Below the pieces are notes generated by a model, which saw only the letters and a list, made by a program, of their open reading frames with translations, was not told the DNA's origin and ran no database searches. The position numbers and the translations under genes were made by a program. DNA of 64,000 nt from positions 13 to 64,012 of the forward strand of contig LCMB01000004.1 of NCBI GenBank assembly GCA_001002415.1, given 5' to 3'. Shown here piece after piece: positions 25,800-34,349 of this stretch. The stretch is from Microgenomates group bacterium GW2011_GWF2_46_18. Its GTDB lineage: Bacteria > Patescibacteriota > Microgenomatia > UBA1400 > UBA12108. Every line of letters begins with the position of its first letter. Within the stretch, counting starts at the first letter, position 1.

Positions 25800-26462
25800 A
25801 TGATTACTGTGGCGGGACTGGTGGACGGGATTAACCCGTGTGCCATTGGGATGATGGTGATGTTACTGGGGTATCTATTAGTATTTGCCAAAAAACCGGA
25901 GCGGGTAATTAAGACGGGACTACTGTATGTGGGAACCGTGTTTGCAACTTATTTGATCGTGGGATTGGGACTATATTCGTTTGTCTCACAATTTGATTTG
26001 AGTGGGGGAGCCAACGTTCTTAATTGGGTGGTAGGCGGCGGATTGTTAATAGCGGGATTAATTCAATTTAAGGATTTTTTGGGGATTACGGCTGGACCAC
26101 ATTTGCGGATCCCGACCGCCAGCAAGACAAGACTACAGGGACTGATCGAGAAAACGAGTTATCCGACGACAATTGTGTTGGGGATACTGGTGACTCTACT
26201 GGAAACACCATGCAGTCTGCCGATCTATGTGGGGACAGCCACAATTTTGTCCCAATCGGGGATGGCCATGCCTTTGGTCGTTTTATATTTTTTGTACTAT
26301 AACTTGTTGTTCGTGTTACCCCTCATTGTAGTACTAGTGGTAATGTGGCGGGGACAAAAACTAATCGAGATGAAAGAATGGGAACACAAGGCTAAACGAT
26401 GGATGCATTTGGCACTGGCGATTGTGCTTTTGGCGATGGGAACGTGGCTACTATTTATATAG
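25800..26462 (+). CDS. CcdA/DsbD-type thiol-disulfide electron-transfer membrane protein
   Basis: Two intramembrane Cys motifs, 'LVDGINPCAIG' and 'LLETPCSLPIYVG', within six hydrophobic helices. The start could alternatively be 25734. Confidence 0.7.
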   Translation: MITVAGLVDGINPCAIGMMVMLLGYLLVFAKKPERVIKTGLLYVGTVFATYLIVGLGLYSFVSQFDLSGGANVLNWVVGGGLLIAGLIQFKDFLGITAGPHLRIPTASKTRLQGLIEKTSYPTTIVLGILVTLLETPCSLPIYVGTATILSQSGMAMPLVVLYFLYYNLLFVLPLIVVLVVMWRGQKLIEMKEWEHKAKRWMHLALAIVLLAMGTWLLFI

Positions 26463-26476
26463 TTAGGTAATTCGGC

Positions 26477-26506
26477 TTGACACATAATACCCCCATGGGG
26501 TATTAT
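26477..26506 (+). promoter_or_regulatory. Promoter TTGACA-18-TATTAT with an embedded CsoR-type operator ATACCCC-cat-GGGGTAT
   Basis: TTGACA at 26477-82 and TATTAT at 26501-06. A G/C-tract inverted repeat (26487-26503) lies between and over the two boxes. ATG 26513 is 6 nt downstream. Confidence 0.6.
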
Positions 26507-26512
26507 GAAGGT

Positions 26513-26749
26513 ATGGAAGATAGAACTTTAACGAGACTGAAACGAATAAAAGGACAGGTGGAAGGGATTATCCGGATGTATGGGGAATGCCGAGAGTGTT
26601 CGGAGGTGGTAACCCAGGTGGCGGCGGTACGAGCAGCTTTGGGAGCGGTGGGGAAGGAGTTATTGACGGATGAAGCGGTGGCTTGTGTGAGGAATCAAAA
26701 GCCAGTTAAAATGGAGAAGTTATTACACAAATTATTTGATATTAGTTAA
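26513..26749 (+). CDS. CsoR/FrmR/CstR-family (DUF156) transcriptional repressor
   Basis: 'LTRLKRIKGQVEGIIRM', '..C.EVVTQVAAVRAAL' and '..ACV' follow the family pattern L.RL.RI.GQ..G..rM...C..vl.Q..Av..Al. By eye, the His of the Cu(I) C-H-C triad appears to be absent. Confidence 0.7.
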   Translation: MEDRTLTRLKRIKGQVEGIIRMYGECRECSEVVTQVAAVRAALGAVGKELLTDEAVACVRNQKPVKMEKLLHKLFDIS

Positions 26750-26762
26750 TTGAAAGGAATAT

Positions 26763-27092
26763 ATGGCAGGAGCCAATACGGTAACATTTACGGATCAAAA
26801 CTTTGAAGAGGCGGTACTCAAGGCCAGCAAGCCAGTGATGGTGGATTTTTGGGCGAGTTGGTGCGGACCTTGCCAGATGGCGGGACCAGTAATCGACGAG
26901 TTGGCGACGGACTATAAGGATAAAATTATTATTGGGAAGCTGGAGGTAGATCAGAACCCTTCGACTGCCCAAAAATATGGGATAATGAGTATCCCGACGG
27001 TAGTACTATTTAAAGAGGGGAAGGAAGTAGTGAGGAAATCAGGGTTTGCAGGACGTGCGATGTACGAAAACTTGTTGAAACAAGCTGAGTAA
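26763..27092 (+). CDS. trxA: Thioredoxin
   Basis: Active site 'WASWCGPCQM'. 109 aa. Confidence 0.9.
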   Translation: MAGANTVTFTDQNFEEAVLKASKPVMVDFWASWCGPCQMAGPVIDELATDYKDKIIIGKLEVDQNPSTAQKYGIMSIPTVVLFKEGKEVVRKSGFAGRAMYENLLKQAE

Positions 27093-27094
27093 GT

Positions 27095-27991
27095 ATGAAC
27101 AAACATAAAATTGCGATTGTGGGAAGCGGGCCGGCGGGACTGGCGGCGGCGATTTATACCAGCCGAGCGGAGATAGAGACGACAGTTTACGCAGGGATGG
27201 AGCCAGGGGGTCAGTTGACTAAAACGAGTGAAATCGAGAATTATCCGGGAGTGGTGGGGAAAACAGGACCGGAATTAATGCTAGCGATGACGGAGCAAGC
27301 CACTAAATTTGGAGCTAAGCTAGTATACGAAGCTGTGAGTGATTTGGGGAAGCTACAAAGTCAGTATGACGCGGTGATCTTGGCCATGGGGGCGGCACCA
27401 AGGATGCTTGGGATTGGGGAAGAAAAATATTACGGCAAAGGACTTTCAACCTGTGCGGTGTGTGATGCGGCCTTTTATAAAGGGAAGAGGGTGTATGTGG
27501 TGGGAGGAGGGGATGCAGCGATTGAGGATGCGTGGGCTTTGACCAAATTTGCCAGTTCAGTCACGATGTTGGTGAGAGGAGACAAATTCCGGGCCAGTAT
27601 CGCGATGCAGAAACGAGTGACCGATAACCCCGACAAAATTAAGGTTAAATGGCAAGCTAGTCTGCGACAGATTATAGGAGATAGAGTCCAGACGTTAGTG
27701 TTGGAGGTGAAGGGGAAGGAAGAGACAGTTCCGGCGGAGGGGATATTTTTGGCGATTGGACATGTGCCGGCGACTGGGTGGCTAAGCTCAAGCGGGATTA
27801 ACTTGGATTCGGAGGGGTATATCATAGTTGGCGAGGGGGAAATTCCGACCATGACAAATAAGACTGGAGTGTTTGCGGCGGGAGATTGTGTGGACAAACG
27901 TTATCGCCAGGCGGCAACGGCGGCGGGAATGGGTGTTGCGGCGGCACTAGATGCGGAGCGGTGGTTAGCGCGAAATGAGAGTGTGGTATAG
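27095..27991 (+). CDS. trxB: Thioredoxin-disulfide reductase
   Basis: 'VGSGPAGLAAAIY', the redox motif 'CAVCDAAFY', and 'GGGDAAIEDA'. Confidence 0.9.
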   Translation: MNKHKIAIVGSGPAGLAAAIYTSRAEIETTVYAGMEPGGQLTKTSEIENYPGVVGKTGPELMLAMTEQATKFGAKLVYEAVSDLGKLQSQYDAVILAMGAAPRMLGIGEEKYYGKGLSTCAVCDAAFYKGKRVYVVGGGDAAIEDAWALTKFASSVTMLVRGDKFRASIAMQKRVTDNPDKIKVKWQASLRQIIGDRVQTLVLEVKGKEETVPAEGIFLAIGHVPATGWLSSSGINLDSEGYIIVGEGEIPTMTNKTGVFAAGDCVDKRYRQAATAAGMGVAAALDAERWLARNESVV

Positions 27992-28035
27992 TAAACAAAA
28001 CTTAAAAGGTAGAGGTAATTTAAGGAGGTAAAGAC

Positions 28036-28806
28036 ATGAAGCAGGCAATTGCACAATATGTCATGGTAATAATGTTAGTTGCGGGAGCATATTTTTTGGG
28101 AGTGTATAAGACAAAGGTGGATTATCTGGAAAAAGGGGCAACAAACCCAGCTCAGGTAGCTCAAGTAGAAGGAGAACAGACAGCAACCCCAACTACGGTT
28201 GACTTGGCGGCAGTAAAGGAAAAATTTGATGGGAAACACATTACCTTTGGGGATAAAGACGCCAAAGTAATTATTACGGAGGTATCGGATCCGTCGTGCC
28301 CCTATTGTCATATTGCCGGGGGGATGCACCCAGAACTAAATAATACGAGCACGCAATTTAAAATGGTGGCAGACGGAGGGACGTATGTTGCCCCAGTGCC
28401 AGAAATTAAGAAGTTGGTAGAAGCAGGGAAGGCCAGTTTTATTTTCTTGTATGCCCCAGGGCATGGGAGTGGAGAAGTAGGGACACAGGCTTTGTATTGT
28501 GCCTACGACCAAGGGAAGTTCTGGGAAGCACACGACAAGCTGATGACCAAGGCGGGGTATGATCTTTTGAACGAGGTGGTGAAGAATGATCTTGCTCAGT
28601 CGGCTAAAGTAGTAGCTTTGATGGGCGACGCCCTTGATGGGCAAAAACTCCAAAGCTGTCTAGACAGCGAAAAATATACGGGTCAGCCAGCTGAGGATAC
28701 GGCGTTTGTCCAGTCTTTGGGATTTGGGGCGACGCCTACCTTTTTTGTGAATGATCAGGTGGTTGAGGGAGCTCAGCCCTGGAGTGCGATCGAGGCGGTT
28801 TTGTAG
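28036..28806 (+). CDS. DsbA-family thiol:disulfide oxidoreductase, membrane-anchored
   Basis: An N-terminal TM helix, the active site 'DPSCPYCH', and a C-terminal 'GATPTFFVN' typical of DsbA-like proteins. Confidence 0.75.
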   Translation: MKQAIAQYVMVIMLVAGAYFLGVYKTKVDYLEKGATNPAQVAQVEGEQTATPTTVDLAAVKEKFDGKHITFGDKDAKVIITEVSDPSCPYCHIAGGMHPELNNTSTQFKMVADGGTYVAPVPEIKKLVEAGKASFIFLYAPGHGSGEVGTQALYCAYDQGKFWEAHDKLMTKAGYDLLNEVVKNDLAQSAKVVALMGDALDGQKLQSCLDSEKYTGQPAEDTAFVQSLGFGATPTFFVNDQVVEGAQPWSAIEAVL

Positions 28807-28848
28807 AGAATAGGGTAGTTTGAAGGTTATCGCTGTATAATACGTGGT

Positions 28849-29730
28849 ATGCGGAAGATTTTGTTGGTTATGGTGGGGTTGTGGTTATTGACCACCCCTG
28901 TTTTGGCACAAGAAACGGCCACATCGAGTGCGACTGGGAGTGCGGAAGTTGTTACAGAGCAAAAGATCCCGGAAATAAAAACCGATTTGACCCAGCCGAC
29001 GGTGGAAGTCAAGAATAAGCTTGAAGCGGTATTGTTTGAAAATCCGGTGGGGGAGCTATCGTGGAAGAACTTTTTGCGGCACGCGCTGGATTCGGCGGTA
29101 GAGAATGGGGTACCGGCCAACACAGCGGTGTTGATTTTGCTTTTCCCACTGGTTGTGGCGATTGTGGCGGCGGCCAGGCATTTGATTGGGATTAGGGGAG
29201 CGGGAATTTTGACTCCCTCACTACTGGCAGTATCCTTTTTGGCGACAGGAATTTGGGCGGGGGTAGCTTTGTTTGGGGTGATATTACTAGTATCAACTTT
29301 GGCGAGGACACTGCTGAAGCAAATGAGACTGCAGTACCTGCCGAGATTGGCCCTACTACTATGGATGGTGTCAGGAGCCGTATTTTTGTCCCTCTGGGGC
29401 GCATCTTTTTGGGAGTTTACACGAGGAATAATGGAGGTGGGGATTTTCCCGATCTTGATTTTGATGCTACTGGCAGAAACATTTATTGATATCCAGTCTG
29501 GGCGGAGCGGGAGTGAGGCAAGAGCGATGATTTTGCAGACGTTTGTACTGGCAATGTTTGCCTCATTAATTCTGGGGTGGGAGGTGGTACAGAAGACGGT
29601 ACTACTGTACCCGGAGCTAATTTACTTTGGGGTCGGAGTGTTTGATATCTTTATGGGGAAGTATACGGGGCTAAGGCTGTCAGAGTATTGGTTGTTCAAA
29701 AAAGCTACCAACGATGACGAGGAAGAATGA
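28849..29730 (+). CDS. 7-TM membrane protein of the type associated with RimK-like ATP-grasp enzymes
   Basis: A signal peptide, an ~90-aa exported region, then about seven hydrophobic helices. Its stop overlaps the ATP-grasp start (ATGA). Confidence 0.55.
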   Translation: MRKILLVMVGLWLLTTPVLAQETATSSATGSAEVVTEQKIPEIKTDLTQPTVEVKNKLEAVLFENPVGELSWKNFLRHALDSAVENGVPANTAVLILLFPLVVAIVAAARHLIGIRGAGILTPSLLAVSFLATGIWAGVALFGVILLVSTLARTLLKQMRLQYLPRLALLLWMVSGAVFLSLWGASFWEFTRGIMEVGIFPILILMLLAETFIDIQSGRSGSEARAMILQTFVLAMFASLILGWEVVQKTVLLYPELIYFGVGVFDIFMGKYTGLRLSEYWLFKKATNDDEEE

Positions 29731-31046
29731 AGATCAGAGATGTATTGGGACTGAATTCGCGGAATCATTTATATACTTCCCGCTATAACGGCCGGGAAGG
29801 GAAAAGAATTGCCAATTCCAAATTGTTAACCAAAGAGACCTTGCGGAAGGCGGATGTACGGGTGCCACAAACTTATGCTCGGATCGGGAATATCGAGCAA
29901 TTGGAGAGATTTGACTGGTTATCACTGCCTACAGATTTTGTAGTAAAACCCAATAATGGACTTGGTGGACAAGGAATTATCGTGATTGAGAAACAGGGTG
30001 AATATGCGGGAGAATGGGTAAGTTCGCAGGGAGAAATAGTGACGGTAGCAGATCTGAAACTGCAGGTAGCGGATATTTTGCAAGGCCGGTATTCAATGGA
30101 CGATTTGCCTGACACGGCCTATATCGAAGAGCGAGTAGCGGTCCACCCGGTATTTGAGAAATATAGTTATCACGGGACGCCCGACATTCGAGTGATTGTC
30201 TTTAACGGAGTACCGATCATGAGTTACGCCCGATTACCAACTGAGGAATCGGGGGGAAGGGCAAATTTGTTCCAGGGAGCGGCGGCAATGGGAATCGATA
30301 TCGCCACAGGGATTACGACCTACGGAGTTCATCACGGAACACCAATTGAGTTTTTCCCGGGGACGAGACGGAAATTGCGAGGAGTGCAGATCCCGGAGTG
30401 GGAGAGTATTTTGGAGACGGCGATTTTGGCGAGCCGGGCGATTGGGCTAGGTTATATGGCCGCGGATATAGTCCTGCAACCAGTGTTGAGAAAACAGGAA
30501 TTAGGAATGAGGAAACAGGAAGTAGAAACTGTGCCGATGATTTTGGAAGTGAATGCTCAGCCAGGACTGAAAATTCAGATTGCTAACCGAGCGGGACTCA
30601 AGGAGAGGCTGACGAGGGTAAAGGGGCTAAAAATCGTGTCGGTAAAACATGGGATTAGGGTGGGTCAGGCTTTATTTGCTGATCCCAAGTTGGCGGAAGC
30701 GGGGATGGGGAGAAAGACGGTGGGGGCGACTGAAGAAATTGAGATTTGGGGATTGGGGGGAGAACGCGAAACAGTTAAAGCCAAGATCGATACCGGAGCT
30801 AACATGAGCAGTATTGATCGAGAACTAGCGAAAAAATTGGGACTACTGGACCCGGATAATCATTTGTATGAAGATTTTTTCTATAGTTCGCTGGGGAGGA
30901 ATAAGCGTCAGATTGTGGGAATCAAGTATTTGATGGCGGGGGTGAAAGTGAAGGGGATGGTGTCGGTGGCGGACCGGAGCCGGATGAAACACAAATTTTT
31001 AGTGGGGAAACGCGATTTAGGACGGTTTGCGGTGGTAGTGGGGTAG
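29727..31046 (+). CDS. Alpha-L-glutamate-ligase-related ATP-grasp enzyme fused to a retropepsin-like ('ATP-dependent zinc protease' family) domain
   Basis: The N-terminus 'LGLNSRNHLYTSRYN..KLLTKE' and 'VVKPNNGLGGQGI' indicate ATP-grasp. The C-terminus 'VKAKIDTGANMSSID' carries a DTG aspartyl-protease-like motif. It contains heptad array (h). Confidence 0.65.
   Translation: MKIRDVLGLNSRNHLYTSRYNGREGKRIANSKLLTKETLRKADVRVPQTYARIGNIEQLERFDWLSLPTDFVVKPNNGLGGQGIIVIEKQGEYAGEWVSSQGEIVTVADLKLQVADILQGRYSMDDLPDTAYIEERVAVHPVFEKYSYHGTPDIRVIVFNGVPIMSYARLPTEESGGRANLFQGAAAMGIDIATGITTYGVHHGTPIEFFPGTRRKLRGVQIPEWESILETAILASRAIGLGYMAADIVLQPVLRKQELGMRKQEVETVPMILEVNAQPGLKIQIANRAGLKERLTRVKGLKIVSVKHGIRVGQALFADPKLAEAGMGRKTVGATEEIEIWGLGGERETVKAKIDTGANMSSIDRELAKKLGLLDPDNHLYEDFFYSSLGRNKRQIVGIKYLMAGVKVKGMVSVADRSRMKHKFLVGKRDLGRFAVVVG
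30490..30524 (+). repeat. GGAAnnA heptad array (h), 5 units, inside the ATP-grasp gene
   Basis: GAAAACA GGAATTA GGAATGA GGAAACA GGAAGTA, translated 'RKQELGMRKQEVE'. Confidence 0.85.
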
Positions 31047-31049
31047 CAC

Positions 31050-32177
31050 ATGCCAAAAGGGAAAAAAGTGGCGGTTGGAATAAGCGGAGGAGTGGATTCA
31101 GCTGTTGCGGCGGCTTTGCTGGTAGCAGAAGGATATGAGGTTACAGGGGTATTTATTGAGGCGTATAACGAGCCGGGATGTCGAACTGACCAGGATAGAC
31201 AAGACGCCTTGCAGGTGGCAATGCGTCTAGGAGTTAGATTCCAGACATTAGATGTGAGGAAACAGTATCGAGAGAAAGTGGTCCAATATTTTATTGATGA
31301 ATATAAGGCGGGTCGGACGCCAAACCCAGATATTGTGTGTAATGCCGAGATCAAGTTTGGGCTGTTTTATGATTGGACAAGAGGGAAGGAGTTTGATTAC
31401 TTGGCGACGGGACATTATGCGAGAATTTCTCCGGAAGGGTATCTACAGCGACCGAGAGATTTAGGGAAGGACCAGAGTTATTTTTTGTGGAGGGTAAACC
31501 CGAGGAAATTAGATAATTTGTTGTTTCCGTTGGGAGAGATGACCAAACAAGAAGTGAGAGCGAAAGCAAAGGAATTAGGATTACCCAATGCGGATAAGCC
31601 AGATTCAATGGGGGTGTGTATGATGGGAGAATTGAATTTGAAAGAGTTTTTGCGGGGAAAATTGGGAGTAGAGCCGGGAGAGGTAGTCTGGAAGGGGAGA
31701 GTTGTAGGGAAGCACCTAGGATTATGGTTTAGTACGATTGGTCAACGGGGGGGATGGGAAATAAACTCAAAAATCAAAACTCAAAAATCAAAACTAGATC
31801 TGGCGAATTTGCCAGGGCTATATGTAATTGGGAAGAATATGAGAAAAAATCAGTTAATTGTAGGGACGAGAGAGGAGGCATATTCCACTGCTTTTAAAAT
31901 TATGAATGTAGAATTGAGAATGAAGAAAGAATTGATTAAAGATTTAGTAAAGAAAAATCAGTTGTATGTGAGAGTGCGTAATTTGGGAGAACTATATTTG
32001 GTGGAGGAATTAGGAATTAGGAAAGAGGAAATAGGAATTAGGATACAGAAATCAGTATTTGCGATAGCCGAAGGACAAAGTGCCGTGCTCTATGCCAGGA
32101 CAGGCAAAGAGGGAGAAGAAGTCATAGTTGGAGGCGGGATGATAGGGTCTTGCAAGAACGAGAAAAATCGTTCATAG
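31050..32177 (+). CDS. mnmA: tRNA 2-thiouridine synthase MnmA
   Basis: PP-loop 'VAVGISGGVDSAVAA', 'NPDIVCN' and 'GHYAR'. It carries heptad array (i) and a separate 14-nt tandem duplication. Confidence 0.85.
   Translation: MPKGKKVAVGISGGVDSAVAAALLVAEGYEVTGVFIEAYNEPGCRTDQDRQDALQVAMRLGVRFQTLDVRKQYREKVVQYFIDEYKAGRTPNPDIVCNAEIKFGLFYDWTRGKEFDYLATGHYARISPEGYLQRPRDLGKDQSYFLWRVNPRKLDNLLFPLGEMTKQEVRAKAKELGLPNADKPDSMGVCMMGELNLKEFLRGKLGVEPGEVVWKGRVVGKHLGLWFSTIGQRGGWEINSKIKTQKSKLDLANLPGLYVIGKNMRKNQLIVGTREEAYSTAFKIMNVELRMKKELIKDLVKKNQLYVRVRNLGELYLVEELGIRKEEIGIRIQKSVFAIAEGQSAVLYARTGKEGEEVIVGGGMIGSCKNEKNRS
31766..31793 (+). repeat. Perfect tandem duplication (CTCAAAAATCAAAA)x2 inside mnmA
   Basis: 31766-31779 equals 31780-31793. 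It can also be read as four heptads, nTCAAAA. The translation is 'SKIKTQKSK'. Confidence 0.8.
32006..32047 (+). repeat. GGAAnnA heptad array (i), 6 units, inside mnmA
   Basis: GGAATTA GGAATTA GGAAAGA GGAAATA GGAATTA GGATACA, translated 'EELGIRKEEIGIRIQ'. Confidence 0.85.
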
Positions 32178-32208
32178 TGAAGTCACTACAGTTGTGGGGG
32201 GGGTATTT

Positions 32209-33015
32209 ATGAAGGCACGAAAAACTACGAAGAAATTGACCAAGAAGTTGGGGGAGCTGAGTTTGTACAAGTTTGCGATTGGAGCGGTGGTGGTGATGAC
32301 TTTTGTAGCGGTTTCGGCAATGGTGTGGCAGTACTTTGATATGCAATCGAAGTTATGGATGTTCAATGATTTCGAAGAGTTGGCAGTGGCGGAGGAGATA
32401 GAGATTAACGAAATTGCCTTTCCGAAAGCGGGAGAGGGAGGATTGCCCCTTTGTGGAGCGGATAATGAGACTAAGGGAGGGTGTCAGGTTATCAAGTTGA
32501 GTACTCCAACAGCTGGTTTGTCTTGTCAGGCGACAAATCCCACGGCAGCAGCAGCGGCAGGGGTAACAGAAGCAGGATGTAGATCACAAGCAGCGATGGT
32601 GAGGAGCTGGGCGGGGGCGTTTAGGAGTGAAGCGTGTCAGCCAGGACTGTTGTTTGATCAGCGAACAATTACCAGCGATATGTTGGTGGATAAAGTTAAC
32701 AAGACGATGAGGCCCAAACCTATCGATATTAGCGGGATGCATAAATGTTCCCCAGGTTTGGCAGGAAGATATTGCCCGGTAGGGGGGAAATGGGAACCTT
32801 GTTATACGGTTCAATATAAGGGAGCGTGTAAATACGCGGTGGAGGAGCCAGTCAATATTGTGTCTGGAGGCAAGTTATACAAACATTGTGCATCAGTGGC
32901 TGATAATACAGAGGTAGTGGGCGCGACCGGGTGCTATACCGGTTCAGTGAGTAAACCGACCGTAAAACTATGTTGTCCGGCTGGTAAGACTATCCAAGGA
33001 GGAGAATGCAAATGA
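32209..33015 (+). CDS. Membrane-anchored Cys-rich protein, paralog 1
   Basis: An N-terminal TM helix. The C-terminal ~190 aa are homologous to the next gene ('CQPGLLFDQRTITSDMLVDK', 'KPKPIDISGMHKCSPGL', terminal 'CCPAGKTIQGGECK'). Confidence 0.6.
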   Translation: MKARKTTKKLTKKLGELSLYKFAIGAVVVMTFVAVSAMVWQYFDMQSKLWMFNDFEELAVAEEIEINEIAFPKAGEGGLPLCGADNETKGGCQVIKLSTPTAGLSCQATNPTAAAAAGVTEAGCRSQAAMVRSWAGAFRSEACQPGLLFDQRTITSDMLVDKVNKTMRPKPIDISGMHKCSPGLAGRYCPVGGKWEPCYTVQYKGACKYAVEEPVNIVSGGKLYKHCASVADNTEVVGATGCYTGSVSKPTVKLCCPAGKTIQGGECK

Positions 33016-34055
33016 AGAAAAAAATTAAGGGAAAACAGTCCAGGAATGTTAGGAGTGGTTTGTTGATGATAATGTCTGTGGGGTTGGCAATAATGACGGC
33101 CATAACAGTGGGTTGGATGATTTGGGAAGCAAATTATATCGATAAAAACGTATTGGAATACCAAGATCGAGAAGTTGAGGAAGAGGACGTGGTAGTAGCC
33201 AATGTGGGGATAACAAACGAAGAGATGGTTTCGGTTAATGCGGTCTCGCCAAGTGATGAGTATGCAACTTATTGTCTGGGACCAGATTATAATCCTGAAA
33301 TGGAAACGGGATGGGGCAGTAATCAAAATAATTTGGTAGCTTGTGGATCCAGCGAGGCCACAAAGGGCAGTTGTGTGATGGCTAATCTTAGTACTCCAAG
33401 GAAAGAAGTTTATTCCTGTCAAGTAATAAGAAATCCTGCAAAAGGAAGTGCTCAACAGATTTCACTTTTGCGGGATTATGGAGTTGATACTTCTACCGTG
33501 ACGGAAGCAGGGTGCAAGCTTGAAGCCCGACTACAGTTAAGTTGGTCAAAAGCCTTGATTGGTCCAAAGTGTCAGCCGGGGTTGTTGTATAACCAACGAA
33601 GTGTAACCAGTAACGTGATGATGGATAAGCATACGGGTGCGTCGGCGCCAAAACCGATAGATATTTCCCGAATGCACAAATGTCAGCCAGGATTGTATGG
33701 GCGCAAACACCCCGTGGTATATAAGAATGGAGAAAAGATTCACCTAGATCCCGGTCATCCGGACAAAAATTGGATTGTGTCTGGCAAGGGTTTGCAAAAG
33801 CAAATAGATGCATATCGAGGTCAGGGTTATGATGTGAAATGGGAGGAATATTATGTACCAATCAAGGGAGTGTGTGAGTGTCGGACGGAACGCCCGTTAA
33901 ATATGATGTCTGGGGATAAATTGATTAAAGTGTGTGCTAAGACTGGTCCAGCGCAAGTAAAATTGGTGGGTTCAACCTTGTGTTATAACAAGAGTAATCA
34001 GGTGCAGTTCTGTTGCCCAGCCGGCAAAACAAATCAAAACGGAGAGTGTAAATGA
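33006..34055 (+). CDS. Membrane-anchored Cys-rich protein, paralog 2
   Basis: Its start overlaps the end of paralog 1. It has 'CQPGLLYNQRSVTSNVMMDK', 'APKPIDISRMHKCQPGL' and terminal 'CCPAGKTNQNGECK'. Confidence 0.6.
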   Translation: MQMKKKIKGKQSRNVRSGLLMIMSVGLAIMTAITVGWMIWEANYIDKNVLEYQDREVEEEDVVVANVGITNEEMVSVNAVSPSDEYATYCLGPDYNPEMETGWGSNQNNLVACGSSEATKGSCVMANLSTPRKEVYSCQVIRNPAKGSAQQISLLRDYGVDTSTVTEAGCKLEARLQLSWSKALIGPKCQPGLLYNQRSVTSNVMMDKHTGASAPKPIDISRMHKCQPGLYGRKHPVVYKNGEKIHLDPGHPDKNWIVSGKGLQKQIDAYRGQGYDVKWEEYYVPIKGVCECRTERPLNMMSGDKLIKVCAKTGPAQVKLVGSTLCYNKSNQVQFCCPAGKTNQNGECK

Positions 34056-34237
34056 AAACTAGACGTAAACAAATTAATGAACAAGGGGTGAGACGGAACC
34101 AGTTTTTGGGGGCGCTGCTCATTGCCTTGGGACTCGGGGCTTTGATCGTGGTAGTTCGTTACTTTATTATTTCTACCCAGGTAGAAACCTCGATTTACGA
34201 GATCCAGCCGAGCGATTTGATTCCGGGTGCTAGATAG
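34052..34237 (+). CDS. Small single-TM protein
   Basis: ATGA overlap with paralog 2. 61 aa with one hydrophobic helix, 'FLGALLIALGLGALIVVV'. Confidence 0.4.
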   Translation: MKTRRKQINEQGVRRNQFLGALLIALGLGALIVVVRYFIISTQVETSIYEIQPSDLIPGAR

Positions 34238-34278
34238 GGGATAGGAATTAGAAAGTAGGAATTAGGAAACAGGAAATC
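34237..34278 (+). repeat. GGAAnnA heptad array (j), 6 units, intergenic upstream of rpsA
   Basis: GGGGATA GGAATTA GAAAGTA GGAATTA GGAAACA GGAAATC. It begins at the last base of the upstream stop codon. Confidence 0.85.
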
Positions 34279-34349
34279 AGAGTTGGTGGTTGTGATTTTG
34301 GGGGTCTCGAGGTAAAATAAGGGAACAAAAGAAGGGAGATAGATTGGTT

